Origin: Cyanophora paradoxa CCMP329 | Lineage: Eukaryota > Plantae > Glaucophyta | Length of the DNA: 64,000 bases | Reading direction: 5' to 3' | Assembly (NCBI GenBank): GCA_004431415.1 | Contig: QPMI01000083.1 | Location: 1 to 64,000, forward strand | Shown: positions 36,162 through 48,656 of the stretch, piece by piece | Layout: each line of letters begins with the position of its first letter | Numbering within the stretch: position 1 is the first letter of the stretch | Notes under the pieces: model-generated | What the model saw: only the letters and a program-made list of their open reading frames with translations | What the model was told of the DNA's origin: nothing | The model's database searches: none | Translations under genes and position numbers: made by a program

Positions 36162-39100
36162 ATGGTAGCGAGCGCGTTCAGCTGCGCACCGGCGCTTCCC
36201 GGGCGGCGATCGGCGTCCTGGCGCGGCGCGGCGCCCCTGGCGTCATCTAGCTCGCGCGCGCCGGTACCGGTCCGAGTCGCGGGTGAGCCCCCGCCGCAGC
36301 GACACGCGCCCGCACGAGAGCGCGATCTACCTACGATCCTGCGCGAGGGACGGCGTTCCGACGCAAGACCCGCCCGCGCAGGCCCCGCCTCCCGTCAGAA
36401 GGAGCTCGCCCATGCACATGAGCGCCACGGCCACGGCCACGCCGTCTTCGAGTGCAAGCAGAAGCTTAAGGCGCCCGGCGACGAGAAGAACAAGAAGAAG
36501 GCGCTCCTTCTCGACTGCGGCCCCGCCTCCCGTCAGAAGGAGCTCGCCCATGCACATGAGCGCCACGGCCATGGCCACGCCGTCTTCGAGTGCAAGCAGA
36601 AGCTTAAGGCGCCCGGCGACGAGAAGAACAAGAAGAAGGCGCTCCTTCTCGACTGCGGCCCCGCCTCCCGTCAGAAGGAGCTCGCCCATGCACATGAGCG
36701 CCACGGCCATGGCCACGCCGTCTTCGAGTGCAAGCAGAAGCTTAAGGCGCCCGGCGACGAGAAGAACAAGAAGAAGGCGCTCCTTCTCGACTGCGGCCCC
36801 GCCTCCCGTCAGAAGGAGCTCGCCCATGCACATGAGCGCCACGGCCATGGCCACGCCGTCTTCGAGTGCAAGCAGAAGCTTAAGGCGCCCGGCGACGAGA
36901 AGAACAAGAAGAAGGCGCTCCTTCTCGACTGCGGCCCCGCCTCCCGTCAGAAGGAGCTCGCCCATGCACATGAGCGCCACGGCCATGGCCACGCCGTCTT
37001 CGAGTGCAAGCAGAAGCTTAAGGCGCCCGGCGACGAGAAGAACAAGAAGAAGGCGCTCCTTCTCGACTGCGGCGCGCGCCGTTCTCTCTCTCTCTCTCTC
37101 TCTTCGCTCTCTCTTCCTAAAGCTGCTGCTCTCTCTTCTCTCTTCGAAGTAGCCTAAGGTGGCTTAGGTGTGGCGGTAGAGTTAAGACTCTGCCCTGTCG
37201 GGCAAGACTTGCTTGCACTGGGTGTCCTCTATCAACTCTAACCGTCCCGGGCGCTCCGACCACTCCTGCGCCTAAAGCCTCCTCCTTTCTCAGACGGGGT
37301 CATCGCGGACACGGAGCCGGACGGGCACCGCGTCTCCTTCAACCGCGCCTTCAAGGCCTTCGGCATCGACACGGAGTTCGACAGGGCGCTCCACGACCGC
37401 CTCGTGCGTCTGTGATGCCGAAGCGAAGCTCGCGCATCTGAGCTGGAGCCGCGCGCCCGCGGCCCGGCCGCCTCGTCACTCTAGCTTAAACTTCGATTTC
37501 GGACCGGGCCGCGAAGTCTTTGAAGCTTAAGTGAAACCAAGCGCGCGCCCGCGGCCCCGGGCCCGGCCTTCAGCTTCAAATCTTAGCCCTGGATAGCCGC
37601 GCGCCGGCGCGCGCGCCGTGACCGCTGAGAATGGGCGCCGCGGCCGCTCCGTGGCGCAGGTCAAGGTCGGCGGCGGGAAGGAGCTCATGAGCAAACACTT
37701 TGACGAGGTAAAGGCAGCCGCCGCCAAAGCCGCAAACGTCTAAGTTTAAACCCGTCTATAATAATAGCCTTACAGTAAACGGCAGCCGCCGCCGACGCCG
37801 CCCCGCGATCTCAGACCGCGCGCGCGCCTCGGCGGCGCCCTCATTCCTGACCGTCGAGTCAGATCGGCTGGCCCAAGGAGCAGCTGAAGGAGCAGTGCGA
37901 TACCGATACCCCGGCCGCGCTCCCGTTCTCCGCCCGCGCTGAATCTATCACTCATTGCGAACCTCAGCGGCGGCGACAAGAAGAAGCTCATCGCCGAGCT
38001 CCACAAGGCCCGTACCCCCTGAGAAGTCCCGTACCCCTCCCTGAGATTGCGTACCCCGCCGCAGGTCAAGACGGAGTTCTTCATGGACCTGGTGAACAAG
38101 GGGGAGATCCCCGGCCGGGAGGGGTACGTCGAATCTTTCCTAGGAGAGGGGGTACTGCCCTATCTTGAAGTATCTCACCCCCGGCTGCGCAGCATCACGC
38201 GGATCGTGGACGAGGCGATCGCGGCGGGGTACAGGATCGCGGTCTGCTCCACGGGCCACGTGGAGGCGGTATCCGGGATCATGAAGCACGTGAGCGCGTG
38301 CCCAGGGGGGGTACCGCGCGCTCGAGCCACAGACCCCTTCTGATTCGGAGCGCGAAAAACAAGGTCTTCGGCGAGAAGCGGCTCGAGAGCTTCGACGGCC
38401 TCTTCGCGGGTGCGGTACCCCCCTTCTCCCGACCCGGACCCCTCGAGCTCACCCTACTGTACCCCCATCCCCACTCCCCCCTCCCTCGCAGGCGATATGG
38501 TCCCGAAGAAGAAGGTGCACCCCTTACCCCCTGCCCGAGCGACGCGTACCCCTGCCGCATTTTGCACTAACGCGTACCCCCATCGCAGCCGGACCCGGCC
38601 ATCTACACGCTGGCCTCCAAGCGCCTCGACGTACCCCCCGAGAGGTGCGTCGTCCCCCCCCCCCCCCCCCCCCGGCCTGGCCAGCCCCGCCCCCCCGCCC
38701 CGCCCCGCCGCCCGCCTGCCACTCATGAGGCCTTTCTACCGAAGCTGCAGCTGCGCCAAACGCATCAAGCTTAAGAAACCGAGTCCAAAGTTTTATAGCG
38801 CTGTAAATATTTAAAGCTGAACCGAGAGCTAGCTCTCTGAGAGCTAGTGTGCTTCAAGCTTCTGAACTTGTTCACTTCGAATCTGACTCAGTGAGTTCGC
38901 ATCCACAGGTGCGTGGTGATCGAGGACAGCCGCATTGGCCTCCTGGCGGCCAAGGCCGCCGGCATGCCCTGTCTCATCACGGTCCGGCCCGACCCCGACC
39001 CTGCCCCACCCCACCCGAGCCCGTTCGATCGGGCCGCCGAGTCGCCGAGTCGGGCCGGCGATGCTGAAATGCCGGTACCCCTTCCCCCGCAGCGGTCGGG

Positions 39101-39303
39101 GTACACGCAGGAGGAGGACTTCCACGAGGCCGACCTCGTCGTCTTCAACCTCGACGTACCCCCCCAACTCTCCCCCCCCCCCCCCCCCCCCCCCCTCCTC
39201 CTCGAAACCGATGCCCCGGCATGCGCAGGACGGGAACGTGGGCCTGGATACGCTGGAGAGGCTTATCAAGCGGGCTGTCCACGGGCGGGGCGCGCAGGCG
39301 TAG
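36162..39303 (+). CDS. cbbY: CbbY-like HAD-superfamily phosphatase with plastid transit peptide
   Basis: MVASAF... Ser/Ala/Arg-rich presequence; motif I ALLLDC|DGVIADTEPDGHRVSFNRAF; VGGGKE; IAVCSTG; GDMVPKKK-PDPAIY; CVVIEDSRIGLLAAKAAGMPCLIT; YTQEEDF. Confidence 0.9.
36382..37071 (+). repeat. 5 x 138-bp tandem repeat corresponding exactly to cbbY exon 2
   Basis: Units start at 36382, 36520, 36658, 36796 and 36934. Units 2-5 are identical; unit 1 differs by one synonymous base (cac vs cat). Confidence 0.95.
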
Positions 39304-40183
39304 AATTATTATAGCGGCTGCAGGCCAAGGCCTCGCGATCGTGCTATCAAATCAGATCAAAATCTTGTTGCTCGCGCCCAAGAGGCACTTCGGAAACTGC
39401 AGTGCAGAGGGGGCGGCCGCGGGGCCGCCGCCGGCCCGCCGGGCGTGCACGTGCACGTGCCACGGTGGGCCGGGTCCGGTCGCGATTGCCATCAGTGGCG
39501 CCGCCTGCAGCTGCCGCCTGCGGCGCCGGCCGTTCGCGACCCGGGCCACGTGCACAGTGACCATACGGCGGGCGTCGGCGGCGTCCGAGGGTCCACAGTG
39601 AGGGGCCACGTGCACTGATCATCATGGCATGATCATGAGGACACAGCGCTAGCGCTAGCCCACCCCCCACCCCCGACTAGGCCGCATATGCATGCGCGAT
39701 ATGCGCAGGCTGGCGCCGCCCGGCGGCGCGGCGGCGCCGGCAGGCCCGGGCCGCGGCCGCGACGGCGGCGCGACGCTCAGCGGCTAGGCACGCCGGGCCG
39801 TCGCCGGCGTGACGTCGCTACCGGTAAGCCTCGGTAGGCGGTAGCCCTGGAGGGCCAGTACTAGTGCCGGCCCAGTGGAGGCTGGCGCTGCGCTAGCCTG
39901 CATGCGGTGCCATCATGGCATGCGCAGCCTGCGCGCGAATGCGCATGCAATTTCCCATTCACATGAGATCTTTCCCGTACCCGTCCAGAGTAGTTGGCGA
40001 TTCGGTGTCCGGCTCAGGTGCCGGCCTGGCCAGGCTAGCCTTCCTACAGGGCCTAGAGAAGCGAGAGTGCAGGTGGTGCAGCTGCCATCGAGCTCTTCTA
40101 GCCTGGGATACTCGTGCGAGAAGCAGTCGACTCGGGTCGAGTACTAGTCGGAGTAGGTCCAGCCGGCGCCCGCGGCGTGCGCA

Positions 40184-41883
40184 ATGATGGCGAGCCCTCT
40201 CTTCGCGAACCTGGCCATCTACGAAGGAGTCGGGCTCGGCTGCTTCAACTGCTATGTTCGTTTGCCTGATCCCCGATCCCCCGCCCTTATCCATGCAACC
40301 TGCACCGTTAGCCATTCCGATCCTGGGAACCATTCCTACTGGGTTAAAAGCTTCCTTCTTGCGTTGTTGCCTCCGCTGATTGTTTCCCGCTTGACGCCGT
40401 CGCAGCTGCTTGTGTCATGCGGCGGAACCGCGGGCCCCGCAGCTGAGAAGAAGTGCAGCCCGAAATCGACGCGCGGATCGCCCCCGAACGACCGCCTGAT
40501 GCACGTATTCGATGCCGGTGCGCGCTCTGCCCAGCGCACTCTTCGTTCCCGCGGTCGCGGCCGACGCCCGCGCTCGCTTCTTCCCTCAGACATGTCATTC
40601 CCGCTCGACTCATCCTCGAGCGCGAGCCGACGGTCTCGCGATCGTACCCAGTCCAAGCGCCGGGAACGCCCCGCCTCGGGGGTCCCGCCCGCGCAGGAAA
40701 CCGAATTCTCGATCGCCGTCGTGCGTGGATGCGGCGCCCGCCCGCCCGCCGCTCGTCTTCCGCCGTGCGCGCGCAAACGCGCGGCAATCGCAGATCAGTC
40801 CCGTGGGAGACGAGGTTCTGGGCCGCGTCCGCATCGATTTCCGGAACCTGTTGCAGGTGGCTTCGGACCGGGGCGACACCACGCGGGATTTCTGGGTGCC
40901 GATCGAGCGCCACACCCGGGTACGCCATTGTTTCCTCTCTGGGCCGCGCTCCCGGGTCCCGCCCTGATCCGCGCCTCTGTACCCCGCAGGGCTTCTCGGG
41001 CGCCCTCCACTGCGGGGTATCCATCGCGCCGCGCGCCGAACGCGTACCCCGCGACGTGAGCGCCCCCTCCTCTTGTTCTGCGTACCCGTCGCGCTGATTC
41101 GCGCCCCTCCGATTAGACTTCGCCCCAGCCAGGCTTCGGAAACGCGGCGGGGTGGATCGAGGTACCCGTACCCCCATGCCTCCCCAAATCGCCCGTACCT
41201 CCATGGAATCGATCCGACCTCGGATCGGGTCTCAGGTCTGCCCGAAGATGCCGCAGACGAACCCGACCCCCCGCGGAGGGGGTACAGGTACCGGAACGAC
41301 CGCTCAGGAGGCCGTTGCCTTCGCTCGAACCGTCGCCGCCCGACTCGCAGAGGAGGAACGGTCCTCCGGGGTTTGCGTACCCCTTTTCGCTCACCCCCGC
41401 CCCCCCTCCCAGTCCTAATCCTTGAGGGGGCCAGACCTCTGTCCACCAAGAGCCGGGACCGCTCCCGGAGTCGGCGTACCCCCCCTTTCCGCGACGATCG
41501 GGGCCCGGGGGTGCGTCCAACAAGATCACTCCGACGAGCTCGGCGCCCGGTACCCCCTACAAGCGGCCCGCCTCGCCAAACCGCACCGGTACCCCCGGGG
41601 CCCCGGCCGCGCCCCGCTTCTCGGGCCTTCCAAGCTGGGACGAGCCCCCCGCGTTCGAGCGGGGGTACCCCCCGCGCTCCCCTTCGTACGAGGCGAGCGG
41701 CGCACCCTGCGTCTCGTTGTTCTCGGCTTACATACATTTTCTGCGCAGGTGTACGACTCGAAGCGGCTGATAATGGCGGGCGGGGATTCGAGCCCGGGCC
41801 CGAAAGCCTTGGCCACGCGGCCCGGGGCCGCCCCCGCCTGCTTCTCATGCTGGGGCGCCCTGCCCGGCCTCCGGCAGGACTGA
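40184..41883 (+). CDS. C2-like-domain protein, paralog 2
   Basis: FANLAIYEGVGLGCFNCY; EFSIAVVR; VGDEVLGRVRIDFRNLL...RDFWVPIE; FSGALHCGVSI; C-terminus ACFSCWGALPGLRQD*. Confidence 0.7.
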
Positions 41884-42537
41884 GCTCGCTGGTTGAGCTT
41901 CGAGGCCGGAGACCGAGCGGGGGGCCGGGGGCAGCCACGGCTAGCCGAGGCCCAGCTGGGCTTTCAGTCAGCATCGATTCTTAGAGCGCGAACGTCCCTA
42001 TGCCTTGATCTAAGTGACCGAATCCCTATGCCTTTTACGGTGCCATGATGCATACTCGCATATATCGATGTTTTCCATTTGTCTCCTCGTTTCATCAGGT
42101 CGTGATTCAAAGGCATCAATATTGATATTAATATTTCAAGTTTATACATACGCATGTGCACGTGTGCCTACAGCTGCAGCTGCACGTGCACGCTGGTTCA
42201 CGCCGTGACGTGCGCATTCATCCGAATTCGTGCATGCGCATGCACAGCGCCGCGCGCGGCCGGGCGCCGGCGCCGCCGGGGGCCCTGGCGCCGGCCGCGG
42301 GCCCCGCTCCCACGTGCACGCGGGCCTGGCACACGCGCGCGTATACGTAAGAGCAGCATGCGAGGCACTACGCGACGCGCGCTGGCTATAGCTAGCCGGG
42401 GGCCCGCCGCCCTTGGGCCTTGGCACCGTGGGGGTACGCGCTTCGACAGCCAAGCGACCACAAATCCAGACGAGCCTCGGAGCCGGCGATCAGCGATCGG
42501 CCGGCATCAGCGAGGCGGCGGTATCTCTTAGGTAGCA

Positions 42538-45500
42538 ATGACAGTGCCCGCGAAGCCCGCCAGGCCCGGCCTCCGCTCCCGTGACGGGGGAACCGCCGTG
42601 CCACTCAAAGCGCTGCTCGTCACTGCCGTCATCGATGGCTACTGCTGTGAGACCACACGTACGTGCCTTTCCGGATTCTCCGAGGAAGACGCGCCTCCTT
42701 GCAGCAGCTGCTGACTTGTAACCGCTTGCGCGGTTGAACCATTGGCGGGCAGTTCGCCACACTTTCAAGCACGAGGGCCTCTTGCCCGTGGAGGTCGTGT
42801 ACGGCTTTCAAGTGCCCGAGTACGCGTCCGTGTCGGGCTTCGAGGCCCGCATCGGCCCCGCGGAGATCGCGGGGAAAGTCGGCGATGCGCACCACGGGCC
42901 CGACGCGGGCGCCTCGGCGGGGGCGCCGCACGCGGCGGCGGGCGCGTTGCATATGGGAACGACGGAGAGCGACTGCTCCGACGGGTTCCTGACGCTGGAC
43001 TCGGGCCGCCTGACCCTCGCGCCGAACGCCGAGGCGACCTTCACCGTCTCCATCGTCCACGAGCTGCCGCCGGCCGGCGACGGCGCGGCGCGCTTCGCGC
43101 TCCCTTCCGCGGCGCTCCTGCCGGACGAGGATCTCGAGGTGCGCGCCGGCGCGGCGCCCGCCGCGGCGCGTTCGGAGCCGCGGGGGCGCGGCCCGAATCC
43201 GATCCGCGCAGGACGCGCCGGTGGACGTGTCCGTCGACCTCTCGTTCTCCGCGCCGCTTCCGCTCTCGATCGGCGCCGTGCGCTCTCCGACGCACGCCTC
43301 CCAGCTCGGTGCGCCGGGGCCGCCCACCGACGCCGCCCGCCCGCCCGGTCCGCCGCCTCCTGACCGCGCGCCGCGCAGCCGTGATCAGGGAGGGTGACAT
43401 CACGCGCGTCACGATCGGCCCTGTGGTGCGAGCTGGCGGACGCGCCGGTCGCGCTTTGGGCCGCTGAGGCGGCGCGATGCGCGCGCGCGGGCGGCAGGCG
43501 CTGAAGCGCTGCGGGGGGGCGCTGGCGGTGGAGGCGCCGATGGACGGCCCGGCGGCGTTCCTCTGGTCGGACGCGGTGGACGGGAAGGGGCCGGCGGCGC
43601 TGGCGCTGAGCGCGGCGCCCTCGTGGCCGGCCATGGACCCCGTCGAGCTCGAGATCTTCTTCGCCCTCGACCGCGCCCTCGGCAAGCAAAGGCGCGCCCG
43701 CCCCGCCCCGCCCCCCCGCCCGCCCGGCCGCAGGCCAGCGCTGGCCATAGATAGCTCTGACGCCCCCGTCCCGCAGGCTGGAGCAGGCCAAGAGCGCCGT
43801 GCGGACCGCCGTGCGCTCGCTCCCCCACGGCGCCCACTTCGACATCCTCGGTACGCGTACCCCTTAACCATCCCCCCCGCCTTTCCCTCTCCTCTGAACC
43901 GGCCGCAGCCTTCGGGAGCGACGTCGAGCGGCTCTGCCCCGCGTCAGGCAAGCCGCAGGCCTTTTCGGAGAAGGGCATCACCCACGTGCTTTCTTTCCTT
44001 CTTTCTCTAACATCCTTAACACATTCTTCATTAAAATCTTATTAGGCCGACAAGTTTCTGGAGCAAGTGGCCCCGGCGATCAATCTGGCGGCGGGGGCCG
44101 ACCTGCTGGGCGGGCTGACGGCCGCCCTGGACTGCGCGGGGGCGCCGGGCCGCGCCAAGTGAGCCGCTTTCCCGTTCTGAGCTGAGCGCTTCGGATCTGA
44201 GCTGAGCCGCGGGAGAACTGCGCGCTCTTAGCTTCGTAGTCCGAACTTAGCTTCTCCGCCCGGCTGACCCTTAGCCTCTCCGCCCTCTCTCTCTCTCTCG
44301 CTTCTGAGCCGAGCCCGCCCGCCCACAGGCAGCGGCAGGTGATTCTCGTGACCGCCGGCCGGGTGCCCCCCCCCCCCCCTTTGAATCTCATCTGATCTGA
44401 TCTGACTCCGCCCGGCCCGCCCGCAGTTCGAGGGCTCCGAGGCGGCCTTCGACCTCGCTCACGGCCGCGTCGGCGTGGTGCGCCCCGGATCAAATCAATC
44501 AAACAGATAGATAAACGGTCAAAATGTTAGACAGTTGGATCCGGACAGCTAAATCTAGAACAGCCAAATCTAGACAACAGTTTAATCTACCGATAGATGA
44601 AATCCAATAAAGCTTCTGCGCGCGCCTTTAGATTAGTAACTGCCCTCGCCCCTAAGCCCACTCGAAAGATTCCTCGAGTCACATACCTATGAAGCCTAAT
44701 ATATGAACCCTCAATGTTTCATGCAACAGCCCCTCCGCGCGACTTCAGACTGCTGACCGCCCCCTTCTCCTCCCCAGGCGCGGGTCTTCGTCGTTGGGAC
44801 GTGCGAGCCGCTCGCGGCGGCCCTCGCCCGCGCCGGCGCCGGCTTCCCCGAGTTCGTACCCGGTCCGCGCCCCCCCCCCCCCCTCTTCCTCCCCCCCCGC
44901 CCCCTCTTCTCAGGCGGCGCGGGGCAGAGGCGGCGCGGCTGGAGGGGCACGTGCTGCGGCAGCTGCGGCGCTGCGTGGCCCCGGGCCTCGGCCGCCTCGC
45001 CGCCGACTGGGGCTTGCCCCGCACCCTCCAGGCCCGCCCCCGGCCCCTCGCCACGCGTACCCCCTTCCGAGCTCACCGATCCCCCCCCCACCCCACCTGC
45101 TTTTTTTAACAGGCCCCCCGGGAGCTCCCCCCCTTCCTTTTCGTCGGGGACCGCCTCACTGTGTACGCCTTCGGATCGGTCCGCCTTATCCTCTACCCCC
45201 CTCCCCAAAAATAGAAATCCCGTACCCCTTTCCTCGCGAACTTCGTTCGCAGGAAACGGGCCACGAGCTGCCGGAGGGCGCCTCCCTCTCCGGCCGCTTC
45301 GCCGGCGCCGCGGCGCCGCTGACCTTCGGGGCCCCGGTTCGAATCCGCCCGGATTCCCTTTCCCGACCCCCGCTCGATTTTCTTCTTCTTCAGCTCTGGA
45401 GCTGTCCTAACATAAGCTCAAGCTTTATTTTTAACTTAGCTCCTACCTGGAAGCTGGCGGCCGACCTTAGCCTCTAGCCTTTGATCCTTTAGATTCTAAC

Positions 45501-48500
45501 TAGATTCTAGCTTCTAACCAAGCTCCCACCTCCCTTACTTCTCCGGGTGCTTGTCTCGAAGTTGGCGGCCGCCGGGCCGGCCTTAGCCTTAAGCTTTTGA
45601 ACCTTTAGATTGTAGCTGGGTTTTCGCTTCGAAATAAGCTCCCGGCTCCTAACTTGTAAGCTTCAGACGGTGGCGGCGCGGCCGGGCGGCCCCGTCTCGA
45701 AGCTCGCGGCGCGGGCGGCGATCCGCGACGCGGGGCACACGACGGCCCAGGTCCGTGCGCGCTTAGAAGCAAGCCTACTAGGCTAAGAAGCCGAAACCAA
45801 GATCAAAAGAGAAAGCCTAGGAGCCATGAGCTTTCTCGCCCGCCTAGTGCTCTCTCTACCCTTTCTCGCCCGCCTAGTGCGCGCGCCTAGTGCGCGCGCA
45901 CTTAGAAAGCAAGCCTAAGAAGCCAAAGCCAAAGCCTAGGAGCCATGAGCCTTCTCGCCCGCCTAGTGCTCTCTCTACCCTTTCTCGCCCGCCTAGTGCG
46001 CGCGCCTAGTGCGCGCGCACTTAGAAAGCAAGCCTAAGAAGCCAAAGCCAAAGCCTGGGCGCCATGATCCTTCTCGCCCGCCTAGTGCTCTCTCTCTCTC
46101 TCTACCCTGCCCTGCCGCTCTCGCCTTGACCTAAGAAGCCAAAGCCAAAGCCTGGGCGCCAGTGCTCTCTCTCTCTCTACCCTGCCGCTCTCGCCTTGAC
46201 CTAAGAAGCCAAAGCCAAAGCCTGGGCGCCAGTGCTCTCTCTCTTCTGCCCTGCCGCTCTCGCTCTCTCTCGCCTTGACCTGCGCACGGACCACGGCACA
46301 GACCGCCGCACGCCTCTCCGGCCTCTCCTGCCGGTGCGCGCCGTACCCCGCCCCGCCCCGCCCCGCCCCGCCCGCTCCCCGTACCCCTGCGATTCCTGCC
46401 GCCCCGCCCCGCCCCGCCCCGACAGGCCCCGACAGGCCCCGACAGGCCCCGCCCCGCCCCGCCCCGCCCCGCCCCGCCTCCTGACCCTGTATCCCCACCT
46501 TCGGACCAGGCACGGGATCGCGTCGCGGGGCACGCCGTACGCGGCGGCGGCGGCCGGCGAGGCGGCGGCGGCGGGGGTGGCGCTCCACGTCCCCTCCGCG
46601 TGCTGGGTGCGCGAGGGGCGGGGGGCGGGAGGAGGGCAGGACGGGAGGGCAGAATTTCGGAAAAGCTGGCCTTTCTACATACACACTAGAGCCTCACACT
46701 AAATGGCTTGCGGAAATTTACACTCTAGAGCCTCGCCTTTCTCCGCCGTCTTGGCGTCTCCGCCGCCTCAAGAGCCTCGACTAGGCTCTCTTTTGAGCCC
46801 CCGCGAAGAAAGCTTATGGCTCCTTAGCTTTCTTTTGAGCCCCCGCGCCCCCTAAAGCGACGTGGAGCTGAAGGGGAGGATCCCGCAGGTGCCGTCGCGC
46901 CCCAACCTGCGCCGCGGTTCCATCTTCCGCACGAGGTGCGCCCGCGTCACGCCACCCGGCGCCGCCCCCAGGGAGAGGAGGGATGGGGTTCTAGTCGGCG
47001 ATCGCCGGGCTTCCCCCCCCCCCCCCCCGGATCCCCCCCCTCCCCTCCGGGCTCTCTGACTAGCTAGCTAGCGAGCTTGCGCTGAGCTTCTGTCTCCTTC
47101 TCCCTCTTCGAGGGGCCCAAGCCCAGGGCCGCCCTAGTTCTAGTCCAGGCCGATGAGGGGCCAGCTAGCGTGCACTTAGAATTAGCTTCTGTCTCCTCCT
47201 CCGTCTCCTGGAGTCGCCTTTCTTAGAAAGCTGTAGGGAGCACTCTCCTCAAGTCGCCTTCTTAGTCCATCTCTTTATTAGTCCCGGGGCTCCTCCGAGG
47301 AGCTTTCTGACGGGCCTACCCCCCCTCCCTCTCCCCCCCCCTTCAGCCTGGACGCGGTCCGCACGAGCCTCGACGGCCTCCGCGGCGGCTTCGTTAACAT
47401 CGCGCGTACCCCCCTCGCTCTATTATTTTTAGATCGCGCCTCATCCATCCACTCTTGCGCAGTCCCTGGGCCCGCCGGGAGGCCGCGGCGGCCGCCGGAT
47501 GACGCTGCCGGGGCCGGGCGAGTCCGGCCCGGGGGAGCGGGGCGCCGGCGTGATGCCGATTCCGGAGGCGCCGACGGCGGAGCAGCAGTCGGCGCTGTGG
47601 CGCTGCCTCTGCTGCAGCGGCCTCGGCGGGCTCATGGCGGTGCGCGTACCCCCCCCCCCGCTTCCCCCGCCCCCCTCTCTGGAGCCTTCAAATACTTCTA
47701 GAAACCAAACGAAGTCTAAAAAAGAAATAGCCTCTCTTTTCGTCGCTTTGGTTGTCTGCGACTCCTAACAAGCCGCCCGGGGCGGGGCGGGGCGCAGAAC
47801 CCGGTGCGGCCGCACCGCCTGAGCGAGTCGGAGCAGCAGCACCACCACCAGGCCGCCGAGTTCCATGACGTCCACCTCGCGGTGCGAGCGCCAAATTTTG
47901 AGTAGCTTGGATAGCTACAATTGCAAGCTTAATGGGTTGAATAAAGAACATAGGCGTCTTAGATTGGCTTATAATTAGGCGTCTTAGCCTAAGGCCGCCG
48001 AATTCCACGACGTCCGAGGCTAGGCCTGCCAAATGGGTTGATGGCATAGGCATCTCAGAAACGCTCATAATTAAGCTTATATAAGCTGTTCTACGCTAAG
48101 CTTAAGGCACCTCGCGGGCGCGCACCACGTCTTAGTCAATTAGAGCCGGGGCTTGAGCTCAAGCCAAGCTCAAGGCCTAACCTGCCTGCTGAAGCTTGAG
48201 CTCAAGCCCCGGCTCTAATTTACTAAGACGGCCACGGGGAGCCAAGGGAGCCAAGCTGAAGAAGCGATTAGCTCCCACCACTCCCCCACCCCTCCCACCC
48301 CCCTCCCACGCCCCTCCCCCTCCCCGCGCCCTACCCTCCACACCGCTCCCTGGTCCTCTCGCTCACACTCCCACGTTCTTGTTCTTAGGGAGCTTAAGAG
48401 CTTAAGCTTAAGATTATTATTATTGTCACTTCGGGAGCTTGAGGGGCTTAAGATTATATAATTGTTATTAGAGTTCGCGCGGCGGCCCTCTCGCTCACAC

Positions 48501-48623
48501 TCCCACGCGCGCAGCCGGCGCCCGTGGCGGTGGCGGCGGGGCGGGGCGGCCTCCCGAAGACGCGCTCGATGCTCGAGCGCGAGTTCGCGCGGCGGCCCCT
48601 CGACGCCATCCTCCAGCTCCAGG

Positions 48624-48656
<33 letters not shown>

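Noticed and set aside
36283-37152. Alternative-frame repeat proteins (36283-37152 + and 36327-36992 -)
   Set aside because: They are open only because a stop-free 138-bp unit is repeated; the frame giving HAD motif I is the coding one.
40610-43871. Long Arg/Gly/Pro-rich minus-strand ORFs
   Set aside because: Expected in very high-GC DNA, antisense to supported genes, and with no domains.
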